A stretch of 62,867 bases of DNA, counting the filler, from Octopus bimaculoides (Eukaryota), in NCBI RefSeq assembly GCF_001194135.2. It is 4 parts of 3 records of this genome, joined end to end, with 100 filler letters (N's around TTAATTAATTAA, not from the genome) between each part and the next. Parts side by side here need not be neighbours in the genome. Positions count along the whole stretch, not along the records: positions 19,108 to 48,478 come from NC_068983.1; positions 48,579 to 57,961 come from NC_068986.1; 2 more parts are not named here. One strand, written 5' to 3'. Below are positions 39,745 through 51,250 of the stretch, piece by piece. Each line of letters opens with the position of its first letter. The stretch's first letter is position 1. The notes under the pieces are model-generated. The model did no database searches. It was given only the letters and a program-made list of their open reading frames with translations, and was not told the DNA's origin. The translations under genes and the position numbers were made by a program.

Positions 39745-40269
39745 AGGTGCCTGGGTAGAAGCATGCATGGATGCCTTCGAAAAGCGGCCAAACAAAAGTA
39801 TTCCATCAAACCTACTCTGTAGATTATTGAGGTTTGTGTTAGAAAGTAACACAATGAAGTTTAGTCTAAAGATTCTACCACCAGACGAAGGGTTGCGCCA
39901 TGGATACCCCCATGGCAGTTAATTTCGCTAATGTCTTTATGACGAATTTTGAGACAAAGTTACTGAAGACATTCAAATCCCTTCATGGTCATGAACCAAT
40001 ACTCTGGTTACGGTTCATTGACGACGTATTTTTTGTCTGGGAAGGATCACAGGATAGTTTAATGGACTTCTTGCATTTCTGTGATTGTTTTGCTAGAAAC
40101 TATGGCTTTAAGTCCAACATAAAATTTACGTCTAGTTTTTCAAAAACTAGCGTTGAATTTTTGGACACGAAAGTCAAGTTTTCTGGAGGCAGAATAGTGA
40201 CAGAGTTATTTTGCAAGCCAACGTCATCCCACATTTATCTCCACCGCCGCTCCGATCATCGACATCATC
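39745..40269 (+). mobile_element. Penelope-like element reverse transcriptase fragment (frameshifted, runs into N gap)
   Basis: LRFVLESNTMKF / FYHQTKGCAMDTPMAVNFANVFM...WLRFIDDVFFVW...IKFT...VEFLD...TELFCKPT...YLH..SDH: PLE RT including the (Y/F)xDD motif. Confidence 0.9.
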
Positions 40270-41475
40270 NNNNNNNNNNNNNNNNNNNNNNNNNNNNNNN
40301 NNNNNNNNNNNNNNNNNNNNNNNNNNNNNNNNNNNNNNNNNNNNNNNNNNNNNNNNNNNNNNNNNNNNNNNNNNNNNNNNNNNNNNNNNNNNNNNNNNNN
40401 NNNNNNNNNNNNNNNNNNNNNNNNNNNNNNNNNNNNNNNNNNNNNNNNNNNNNNNNNNNNNNNNNNNNNNNNNNNNNNNNNNNNNNNNNNNNNNNNNNNN
40501 NNNNNNNNNNNNNNNNNNNNNNNNNNNNNNNNNNNNNNNNNNNNNNNNNNNNNNNNNNNNNNNNNNNNNNNNNNNNNNNNNNNNNNNNNNNNNNNNNNNN
40601 NNNNNNNNNNNNNNNNNNNNNNNNNNNNNNNNNNNNNNNNNNNNNNNNNNNNNNNNNNNNNNNNNNNNNNNNNNNNNNNNNNNNNNNNNNNNNNNNNNNN
40701 NNNNNNNNNNNNNNNNNNNNNNNNNNNNNNNNNNNNNNNNNNNNNNNNNNNNNNNNNNNNNNNNNNNNNNNNNNNNNNNNNNNNNNNNNNNNNNNNNNNN
40801 NNNNNNNNNNNNNNNNNNNNNNNNNNNNNNNNNNNNNNNNNNNNNNNNNNNNNNNNNNNNNNNNNNNNNNNNNNNNNNNNNNNNNNNNNNNNNNNNNNNN
40901 NNNNNNNNNNNNNNNNNNNNNNNNNNNNNNNNNNNNNNNNNNNNNNNNNNNNNNNNNNNNNNNNNNNNNNNNNNNNNNNNNNNNNNNNNNNNNNNNNNNN
41001 NNNNNNNNNNNNNNNNNNNNNNNNNNNNNNNNNNNNNNNNNNNNNNNNNNNNNNNNNNNNNNNNNNNNNNNNNNNNNNNNNNNNNNNNNNNNNNNNNNNN
41101 NNNNNNNNNNNNNNNNNNNCACGCCCTGGAGGAATGAAGATGACAGGAGAATATCATCAAATTTATACAAAACTGTTTGATTAAATATACTTCTTTCTCT
41201 CTTTTGCTTTCCTTTTTTTTCTGTCGTCTTCTTTTCTCTATTTTTTCTCTCTTTTTCTTTTCGCCTGTTATATAACATTGTAACATAAAAACTGATGATG
41301 TCATTCCATCAACGTGTGGACGCTGATTGCTCTCGTTCATACTTTACGTTTGAATTTCCGTAATTTTGAATTCTTATCACTTCTTATTTTGAACTTGACA
41401 AAGACAGACGTACTGTTGAAATATCGTTCAACTAATAAAATATCTTACAATCGAATCGCGCTCTTCGTCTTGACT

Positions 41476-41603
41476 ATTATTAATATTATTATTATCATTA
41501 TTATTATTATTATTATTATTCAGGTCACTTCTGGGAATCGAACTTGGAATCTTGGGGTTAAGAGTGTGGGCTCCTAACCCCAAGATTCCGAGTTCGATTC
41601 CAG
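41476..41603. mobile_element. Head-to-head fused tRNA-SINE heads forming a 27-bp hairpin, beside (TAT)n
   Basis: 41534-41560 pairs with 41575-41601 (26/27 plus one G-T); both arms match the SINE head at 42018-42044. Confidence 0.8.
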
Positions 41604-41607
41604 GCAG

Positions 41608-41905
41608 GTTAGCTTGGGAAGTTAAGCAATTGTGGTCAATGAAAAAGGTAGCAGTAGTACCAATAATTGTCGGAGCTCTGGGAACAGTGAGCAAAAATCT
41701 TGAAAAGTACATGGAACAAATAGGGGCTGCAATAAGGGTGGCGCACTTGCAGAAAACAGCACTGCTTGGAACCGCTCGAATACTCCGGAAGGTGCTCGAA
41801 AAATAAGGGGTGTTACTTTAGTTCACTGGTAGTGAACAGCTGACATTGTAGTACATCTCCAGTTTTAGAAGCTGTGCAAGGTAATAATAATAATAGTAGT
41901 GATAA
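41608..41905 (+). mobile_element. R4/Dong-like REL retrotransposon 3' end with (TAA)n tail
   Basis: LAWEVKQLWSMKKVAVVPIIVGALGTVSKNLEKY...HLQKTALLGTARILRKVLEK* followed by a short 3' UTR and taataataat. Confidence 0.85.
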
Positions 41906-41989
41906 CATAAAAAAAAATACCTTAGGAATGAGAACCCAGGTTCGACATTTCCCCAAGAAAGTGAAATATCTCCTGAGATTCAGCATAAA

Positions 41990-42230
41990 TGGCATAGTGG
42001 TTAAGAGCCCAGGCTACTAACCCCAAGATTCCGAGTTCGATTCCAAGCAGTGACCCGAATAATAATAATAATAATAATAACAACACTGAAAAAGAAATAC
42101 CTTAAGAATGAGAACCCAGGTTCTATATTTCCCCAAGACACCTGATGAAGGCTGGAGGGTATATCAGCCAAAACGTTGTGTTAACAACAAACAAGATGAG
42201 GACAAATATCCGTCAAATGTAAATAATGTA
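41990..42230 (+). mobile_element. tRNA-derived SINE with internal (AAT)n and a hammerhead-containing tail
   Basis: Box A TGGCATAGTGG (41990-42000), box B GTTCGATTC (42035-42043), (AAT)n, then a tail containing the hammerhead motif; truncated tail copy at ~41911-41958. Confidence 0.8.
42137..42182 (+). ncRNA. Type I minimal hammerhead ribozyme motif (Penelope-type), with G12-to-A change
   Basis: Stem I gacac/gtgtt; CTGATGA 42142-42148 plus an extra A; stem II ggctg/cagcc; AAAA in place of GAAA at 42170-42173; palindromic stem III ACGT; putative GUU cleavage triplet. Confidence 0.72.
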
Positions 42231-42952
42231 TTTAATTCCTTTCCTACTCATTTTGTTTTGCAACTCATTATTTAAACACACAACCATCACACATCCTCTG
42301 TATGTTTTTGTTTGTTAGAAATAAACTTGTGGAAGTTAATTATTTATGTTGACATTCTAACTTTCATATAATTCCTTCAGCTGATCAATGGAGACATTGT
42401 TACAATGATATTTATTGCTTCATCACTACTTCAATGTAATTCATTGTAATTAATCTTATTAATATCAAGATTAGTTTTCTTATTACAATAAAATACCTGT
42501 TATTCTAATGAGCTTACCTGATTAATAATAACTCACATATTCTGAAAGCTGTAAATGTATTTACTAAAGTTAAATAACCTTACTCTAACAATAGTTTCTA
42601 ACATTGAGGTAAGGACAGAGATAAGTGTATGTGTGTGTGTGTGTGTGTGCGTGTGTGCAAGGCCCACTCCATTAAATTGGTCATGTTAAACACCTGCCAG
42701 TTTATGAAAGCCAGAGAAGTGAAAGGCAAAGTTACTGATCACAGAACATAAGGGATTGAAGTTAACAGCATCCAGTTAATAGATTTTAAAGTACATCGGT
42801 GACATAAACTAGAAGATAAATCTCTTTGATGTAAATGTCAGTGACATAAATGGAGAGGATTTGATCATCAACAGAGAGTGTTTGTCAGCAAACATCAAAC
42901 ACCACCAGGTATCAACAGTTGGGTCTACTTCATCACAAATGGCAACACAGTG

Positions 42953-43190
42953 GACTCTGCTAGAGGTGTCCAAGGACCAGGTACCCAAGGAGTTGAAGTG
43001 TGTGACAACAGAGCAGACTCTATTGTAGGTCCCCAAGGACCAGGCAATGGCGTAAAATTGGGTGACACCAGAATGAACTCTGCTGCTAAGGATCCGTAGA
43101 GACCAGGTGATGGTGTGGTTAACAATAGAATGGACGCTGCTAAAGAGAGCCAAGGATCAGTTGATGGTTTTAAACTGGTGTGACAACAGA
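42953..43190 (+). repeat. Degenerate tandem repeat, ~4 units of 63/60/57 nt, with decayed coding signature
   Basis: Unit starts 42953, 43016, 43076, 43133, all in one frame: DSARGVQGPGTQGVEVCDNRA / DSIVGPQGPGNGVKLGDTRM / NSAAKDP*RPGDGVVNNRM / DAAKESQGSVDGFKL. Confidence 0.7.
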
Positions 43191-43234
43191 AAATATTGCT
43201 AGAAGTATTTAAGGCTGGCTTCTGGCTTTATGGG

Positions 43235-43850
43235 TTTAGGGTCATTCCAAATCAGTGATCCCTGAGACGTCCTCATGCATAGAGCCTACCAAGTCCACTA
43301 GTGCTCTCCATTGCTGATGGTCCCATGCCAGCCCCTCTGTATCCTCCAAGTTGATGTTGAGCCTCTGGAGATCTCCCCCCCCCCCAATCACATCCAGCCA
43401 TCTGGTGTAGGGCCTACCATGCGGCCTCTTCTGACCCACAGTTGCCGCATTGAATGAGAGTAAAACCCTAGCAGGATGATCTAGTGGGAGACAGAAGACA
43501 TCGTCTGTACCAGCTATGAGGTGGGAGGCTGCGAGCTGACGCATGCACACATGCATTTGTAAGTGTGATGATAGTCTGTGATGTTCTTGATGCTCCTCAG
43601 GGCTCTGCTGCTGAAGTTGTCGATTCTCTTTGCCAGGATTTTTAAGAGGGACCACATTTCTGCTCCGTAGAGGAGAATGGGGAGGATTGATGTGTTGTAG
43701 ATGCAGAGCTTCATCTTCTAGGAGATAGAGCAGTGTTATCAGAGGGACTTCAATAGGGAGTACAGGACTTCAGTGGCCAGACCGCATCTGTGGTTGATCT
43801 CTAGGGTCAGGTCTCCATTGTTAGTGATTGTAGAGCCCAGTTTGACCAAC
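43235..43850 (-). mobile_element. RTE-type LINE 3' fragment (different family from family B partner)
   Basis: LGSTITNNGDLTLEINHRCGLA, KLCIYNTSILPILLYGAEMW, KRPHGRPYTRWLDVI. Confidence 0.8.
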
Positions 43851-43975
43851 ATGTGATCAGGAAATCTTGTCACAAAGGCTAATTTAACAGTTTGTTCCAA
43901 CATGTCATATCCCACAAGTCTAGCCAATCTCCTGATTTCGTTGGCAAACACATCAACATGTTTGCTCATCCACTT
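43850..43975 (-). mobile_element. Possible LTR-retrotransposon gag-like fragment
   Basis: VDVFANEIRRLARLVGYDMLEQTVKLAFVTRFPD resembles Ty3/gypsy gag helices (recall only). Confidence 0.4.
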
Positions 43976-45220
43976 TGCTTTCCCCAGTTGCCCGTGAAAG
44001 CTTTCTTTCCCCTTTGTTCACGTGTGAAATGGATCAGTTACATCTTTTAGACTACAATCTTTCTCTAAAACAATATTTGGTAATCTCTCTTTCAGTTCTT
44101 TGTCTCTCTGGATTTTCATGTCTCAAATTTTTTTTGTCTTATCATTTCCTACAACTTTTATTTCTCAGTGTTTTTTATTACATTTCCTGGCTATCTATCC
44201 CCTTGCCATGTGTTTCTAGTCATTGTGTATCTGTGTATACACATTATATATATATATATATATTTATATATACACATGTTTTTAGCTTTTTTATGAAGCC
44301 AAAACAATGCAAGTTATAAGAAATAATACAAGTTGATGGTTTGTACTTTTACCTTGCATTTCAATATTTTGGGGTTAGGACCTCTTCTATCAATCTGTCT
44401 ATCTGTCTGTCATCATTATTACAAGGGTGCTGCTCTTCCTTACTAGACCCGTGTATCTGCTATTTATGGGATTTGGCATTATATTTTCAATTAAATGAGA
44501 TTCAACTGTGTCTACTAGTAGCCATGTATATGTATAATATTTGTTGTTTTCTTAATAAACGATATAAAGCTTTCATTTTAAGTCTGTTGGAAAAATACGT
44601 GTCTCATTTCCGAGCTGACATGGAAGAGTTTTGAATGGGTTTAGCCAGGGACCAGTCACAAACAGTTTATTTTCATTGGCGTGTCCAGTTGCAGACATTT
44701 TACAGTCATCTACCCAGCTCCCTTTTACCAATCTTGACCATGAGGACCTTATCATAATCTGTTCCCCTGGTAGTTGTGACAATGATGTTGGTGATGATGA
44801 TGATGATGACAATGTAGTTTTAGTGCTGCTGCTACTGATGATGATGATGATGCAATTTTATTAAAACTAAAGTAAATACAAATGTAAAAATTAAAAGAAA
44901 TTAATTTTTTGGAAAATATTTTTACATTTTTATAACTGAAAAAAATGTGTAAAAATATCAGTTTTTTTAGTAAAACTTCACATCTGGTAAGAATGTTTGA
45001 GGCTGTTGATAAGTTTTAGGGTTTCTTCAGCAAAACCGAAGATGTGTGGTTAGCACTAAGAGATATATTCCCACGTAGAGAGGTTGGGGAGGGGTGGGGG
45101 TTAAAGGAGGGGGAGTAACATGTTTATATAGAAATATAAAAAAGAATTAAGGAGAAACTACGAAAAATATTTTTGATTCTGAATAAATAATAATGATGAT
45201 AATAACAATAAAATTATATA

Positions 45221-45269
<49 letters not shown>

Positions 45270-45711
45270 ATGAAAGAAACCAAAAATGCATGAAACAAAA
45301 CTCTGCTACTGATTCTCAAATTTCTATGGCAGCATCTGATGCTAACATGTCTGTGAAACTACTCAGGATTCCAAAGGGGAGAATCGTTCTAGAGTTTATG
45401 GTCTAAAGATGGGAACAATAATTCATATGTATATATTGATCAGCAGTTGAGAACTGGCATTATGTCTACCTAATTTGTACTGTGAATAGTTAAATGAGAA
45501 TACACACACACACACACAGAGTGAGAGATAAATACACAATACACATATGATGGTATATATACACACATATATATATATATATGCATGCATCCATCCATCC
45601 ATAGATACACACACACATACATATATATAATTATAATGGAATAATTACTATGAAGCATTGTGTAGAATTTATTGTATAAAAGATCTTGGTAAGTCTACAT
45701 TAATTCACATT

Positions 45712-46094
45712 GTTTTGGCCTTACCCGGCTTGTGAAGACCTGTTGGGACAAGCAAAAGCGAAATCGTGACGGTACCTGTGCCCAGCATCGCCTTCCTGGC
45801 ACGTGTAAAGACATTCGAGCGAGATTGTTGCCAGTGCCGCTAGACTGGCTCCTGTGCAAGTGACACGTAAAATACACCATTTTGAGCGTGGCCATTGCCA
45901 GTATCGCCTGACTGGCCTTCGTGCCAGTGGCATGTAAAAGCACCCACTACACTCTCGGAGTGGTTGGCGTTAGGAAGGGCATCCAGCTGTAGAAACTCTG
46001 CCAGATCAGATTGGAGCCTGGTGTAGCCTTCTGGTTTCACCAGTCCTCAGTCAAATCGTCCAACCCATGCTAGCATGGAAAGCGGACATTAAAC

Positions 46095-46113
<19 letters not shown>
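45712..46113 (+). mobile_element. Family B copy with ~60-nt internal sub-repeats and (GAT)n tail
   Basis: Repeated gtgcc...gtaaaa(g/t)acacc...gagcg motif; canonical family B tail. Confidence 0.85.
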
Positions 46114-46133
<20 letters not shown>

Positions 46134-46185
46134 NNNNNNNNNNNNNNNNNNNNNNNNNNNNNNNNNNNNNNNNNNNNNNNNNNNN

Positions 46186-46246
<61 letters not shown>

Positions 46247-46249
46247 AGT

Positions 46250-48030
46250 GTGTTCATATGGATGAAGGCTTACTTGCAGTTAGTGATTCTGCTAAGAAAG
46301 AAGCTTGGAAGTGCCTCTATGAAAGGTTGCTAAATGTAGAGAACACATGGGAGAAGGAGAGCGTAGCTAACGTGCCCCCAACAGGGGAACCAGCTATCCA
46401 CATAAACTGTAGCTTAGTAGATAAAGCAATTTAGGATATAAAGTTAGGGAAAGCTCTTGGCCCATCAGGTATCACTGCAGAGATGCTTAAAATATCTGGT
46501 GGAGTGAGAAATAGCCTGGTCACCCGTATAGTTAATCAGGTGATCCACAAGGGGGTCATACTCAATGCCTGGTGTAGCAACTGTTACAAAGGTAAAGGTG
46601 ATGCCTTAGACAGAAATAATTACAGGGGCATCAAATTGCTGGACCCGGTGAGATGCAGTTTGATTTTGTGCCAGGAAAAAATAATACTGATGTTATCTTC
46701 CTGGTGAGGTAACTGTAGAAGTACTTGGCCAAAAATAAGCCTATGTACTTGGCTTTTGCTGACATGGAAAAAGCCTTTGACAGGGCCCCCTACTCCCTTA
46801 TCTGGTGAGTAATATGGAAGCTAAGGATAGATGAGTAGTTAGTGAGAGCTGTACAAGCCATGCAGAGAGATGCTGTCAGTAAGCTGAAGTTTGCCAATGA
46901 GTTAAGCTAGGAATTTAGTGTACAAGTAGAAGTCTGCCAAGGATCAGTTTTTAGTCCCCTCCTCTTTATCATAGTGCTCCAAGCTATAATTGAGGAATTT
47001 AAGACTGGCTACCCTTGGGAGAACCTCTACATTGAAGACCTTGTTCTTATTGCTGACTTACTTCCAGAACTAGAGAAGAAATTTCAGGTATGGGAGCAAT
47101 GTCTGAAAAAAATGAGCCTTAGAGTTAATTTAGCAAAGACCAAAGATCTAATAAGTAGACAAAGAAATCACAGATCCCTTCAAGATGATGACCCTGCTCA
47201 ATATGTAGAAAAGGGGGAAGGAGAAACTCTATAAGTTATACCCAGCACAAGATAAGAACCCACAAGATGGAAGATTAACAGGGAAAGTAGTCTTTATATG
47301 TGGCAGATGTGCAGATACATTAAATACCAGAAATGTACAGAAAATATACTCTCTTCAATGTCTGGGGGCTCCTTAGAAGTAGTTACTTGAGTGACCAAGT
47401 TAGCAGTGGTGGAGGTTGTTCTGAAAGCATAGCTACTAGAATGAGAACAGACTGGGCAAAGTTTATAGAGTTCCTACCTTGAAAGAAAAGAAGCCAACAT
47501 GCTCTGCCGGATGGGTAATGTCAGTGTGCATATATGACAGAGTGTAAGTGAAAAACTGGGTACAAGAGGCAGCAGATGTAGGGTGCAAGGGAGAAGACTG
47601 TGCTGGTATGGTCATGTGATGCATGTGGATGAGGGTAACTGAGTCAAGATGTGCTGATCTTTAATTGTAGAGGGAAGGTATGGAAGGGGTAGACCCAGGA
47701 AGATGTGGGACCAAATGGTGAGAAAGGATCTTCGGAGATGGGGTCTCACAGAAGAGATGACAAGGGACCGAGACTTCTAGTGGTTTGCTGTGCTTGAGAA
47801 GATATGTCAAGTTGAGTAAAACCATGATTTTCCTTGCACTCAGGCATGTCCCCTATATCCCACTTCAGCAGAGTGATACTAATCTTAGGGGTTCGTGGGT
47901 GCTGGTGCCATGTAAAAAGCACTGATGCTGGTGCCATCCAAAAGCACCCATGCTGGTGCTATATAAAAGCATGGTTGGCATTAGAAAGGCATCCTGCCAT
48001 AGAAACCATGCTAAAACAGATATGAAGCCT
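46250..48030 (+). mobile_element. Decayed RTE LINE (RT through C-terminus, continuing into a family B-like 3' UTR)
   Basis: GKALGPSGITAEMLK, NNYRGIKLLD, AFADMEKAFDR, QGSVFSPLLF, LRVNLAKTK, GRPRKMWDQMV; then ggttggcattagaaaggcatcc. Confidence 0.85.
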
Positions 48031-48142
48031 GGGCAGCTCTTCATCCTTTCGGGGTTGCAGCGAAACACTGAGATCGATGTAATCAACTAGTCCCCTCCCC
48101 ATAAATTTCAGGCCTTGTACCTTTAGTATACACACATATATA

Positions 48143-48478
48143 TATGACACCCTCTTGCAAACTACCTCGTCGACGAGTGACAGGGACCTTCTCTTTGTGG
48201 CTGGAGACTTCAATGGTCATGTCGGACGTCGTGCTGGAGGCTTCCATGGCATACATGGAGGCTATGGCTTCGGTTCCCGCAACGAGGAGGGAACCAGACT
48301 GCTGGAGTTCTGTGATGCAACCGATCTTATGGTCTGCAATACCAACTTCAGGAAACCTGCCAGTCACCTAGTCACCTACCGCTCCGGCAGACACTCTAGC
48401 CAAATCGACTACATCCTCGTCAGAAATAGGGAAAGAGGGCGGCTTATAAATGCCAAAACCTACCCTGGCGAAGAATGT
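48143..48478 (+). mobile_element. RTE apurinic-like endonuclease fragment, uninterrupted (young copy)
   Basis: LLFVAGDFNGHVG...GYGFGSRNEEGTRLLEFC...NTNFRK...VTYRSG...SQIDYILVR; CpG-rich; cut by the spacer at 48479. Confidence 0.92.
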
Positions 48479-48578
48479 NNNNNNNNNNNNNNNNNNNNNN
48501 NNNNNNNNNNNNNNNNNNNNNNTTAATTAATTAANNNNNNNNNNNNNNNNNNNNNNNNNNNNNNNNNNNNNNNNNNNN
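48479..48578. other. Artificial 100-bp assembly spacer N44-TTAATTAATTAA-N44
   Basis: 12-mer at 48523-48534; same construct as 19008. Confidence 0.92.
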
Positions 48579-48791
48579 ACCATTTCGAGCGTGGCCGTTT
48601 TCGTGCGGGTGACACGTAAAAGCACCCACTACACTCTGAGTGGTTGGCGTTAGGAAGGGCATCCAGCTGTAGAAACTCTGCCAAATTAGACTGGAGCCTG
48701 GTGTTGCCATCCGGTTTCACCAGTCCTCAGTCAAATCGTCCAACCCATGCTAGCATGGAGAGCGGACGTTAAACGATGATGATGATGATGA

Positions 48792-48795
<4 letters not shown>
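48579..48795 (+). mobile_element. Family B copy with (GAT)n tail running into (AT)n
   Basis: Near-identical to 19108-19343. Confidence 0.85.
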
Positions 48796-48840
<45 letters not shown>

Positions 48841-48849
48841 CACATATAT

Positions 48850-49587
48850 ATATATATGTATATATATATGTTCACACACTCAAGCACATACACACTCTGT
48901 TAAACACTATGCGTTTTTGTGATAGATTTATATAAACATATATATGTACAAACACATACGCATGTATATATATTTTTGTTCACACACACACACACACGTG
49001 CACATACATATTCTGTTATACATTATACATTCAGATATAATTCTGCATTCATGCATGCATGCACATACTTTCTGATGCTATATTGATATTATAAACACAC
49101 ACACAGGAATGCATACACACACACATACATATTCATGCACATAGACACACACATACATTCACATATCACTTTGCATTCCATACATGTACACACACATGTA
49201 CTCTTATATATTTATATTCATACAAGTACCCACCTACACAACACATACAGACATATACACACCAATTTCTGTTCATATTCACATACATACACTCAGATAC
49301 ACACACACACACACACACACTCATGCAGATATATATATACAGTTATATTTTCACATATTTCACATTTATACATTGACATACATATGCACAGTCATAAAAA
49401 TACATTTATATACAAATACACACTTACATTCACACACACACACACACACGCACACATGTATACACACAGATTACACACACACAGATTACACACACACAGA
49501 TTACACACACATATCTACAGTCACACATAATTTTACATTCACATATTGACATACATATGAACATACATAAATATACATCTTCATAGA

Positions 49588-49633
<46 letters not shown>

Positions 49634-49973
49634 GCACATACACAGATATACATAAATACACATACATATACATTTTATGCATTCATATATTTTTACATTC
49701 CTACAATGATATACATACACACACACACATGAATATATATTTTCATACAAGTGCATGCACACACACATAGATACATACACTTATATACACATGCATATAC
49801 ATTTTATGTATTCATATATTTTTACATTCCTACAATGTTATACATACGTGCACACACGAATATATATTTTCATACAAGTACACACACCACACACATACAC
49901 ACACACATAAACACACACATAAACACACACATTCAGACAGTGATATCCATATATACACACTTTAGCATTCATC

Positions 49974-50004
<31 letters not shown>

Positions 50005-50640
50005 TTACACACACGTTCACACACGTTCACACACTGATATCCATACATACACACACACTCAAACATTCATATATAATTTTACATTCACGCACTTATATAC
50101 ACTTGCCGATACAAATACACATCTCCATAACACACGCACATAACACACAATCAAATACGTTCACACACATACTCACACACCCAAACACACACACATACAC
50201 ACACACACACTTAGATACGTTTACACACAAACATACACACACAAACACACACACACACATACATACACAAACAAACACACACACTCAGATACATTCACAC
50301 ACATACACAAACACACACACACTCAGATACCTTCACACACACTCAAATACCTTCACACACACATACGCAAAAACACACACAAACACACACATACACACAC
50401 AAACACACACACACATACACAAAAGCACACACAATCACACATACACACACAAACACACACACACACATATGCAAAAACACACACAAACACACACATACAG
50501 AAACACACACACACACTCAAATACATTCACACACACACATACACACACACAAACACACATACAAACACACACACACACTCAGATACATTCACACACACTA
50601 ACACACACACACACACAAAATCTTCATATCCACCACCAAC
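48850..50640. repeat. (CA)n/(TA)n-derived low-complexity tract with internal tandem duplications
   Basis: ~88-bp block duplicated at 49665-49752 and 49794-49879; recurrent ctcagatacattcacacac motif at 50150-50600. Confidence 0.85.
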
Positions 50641-50895
50641 ACACAGCGCAATGTTTCAAGGCTCCCATAATATATTTCATCACATTTTCTCCTTACTCCT
50701 TCCTTTTCAACCAGTCAACTCCTTCCTTCATTACATCTCACAATTTGTCTTTCTTTTTTGCCTTTTTTTCCCCCATATTATTTTTTTTTCTTCTTTATTT
50801 CAAAGTCCCTCCTTATTTCATTCATTCATTCATCCATCCATCCATTCATTCATTCATCCATTCATTCATTCATACTTGTTATTGTTATCATCACT

Positions 50896-50950
<55 letters not shown>

Positions 50951-51250
50951 CCACCAACGTCATCACCGTCATTATTTATTTATTTATTTATTTATTCTTC
51001 TTTATATTTGCATTCTTAATTGACATCTTCACATTTTTTTATTATTTTTATCTATTTTTTTTTCTCAGGAATTAACCTTTGCCTTGTTTTTCCTTCTAAN
51101 NNNNNNNNNNNNNNNNNNNNNNNNNNNNNNNNNNNNNNNNNNNNNNNNNNNNNNNNNNNNNNNNNNNNNNNNNNNNNNNNNNNNNNNNNNNNNNNNNNNN
51201 NNNNNNNNNNNNNNNNNNNNNNNNNNNNNNNNNNNNNNNNNNNNNNNNNN

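Noticed and set aside
41292-41330. CTGATGA followed by a gtc/gac hairpin, after the Penelope RT gap
   Set aside because: No GAAA follows the stem, so the hammerhead core is incomplete.
41990-42060. Possible tRNA gene (box A and box B)
   Set aside because: No acceptor-stem pairing or clean cloverleaf; it continues into a SINE body and has related head copies nearby.
44573-44812. Minus-strand 79-aa ORF with a possible acceptor
   Set aside because: No family similarity and no good donor; starts in a (GAT)n tract.
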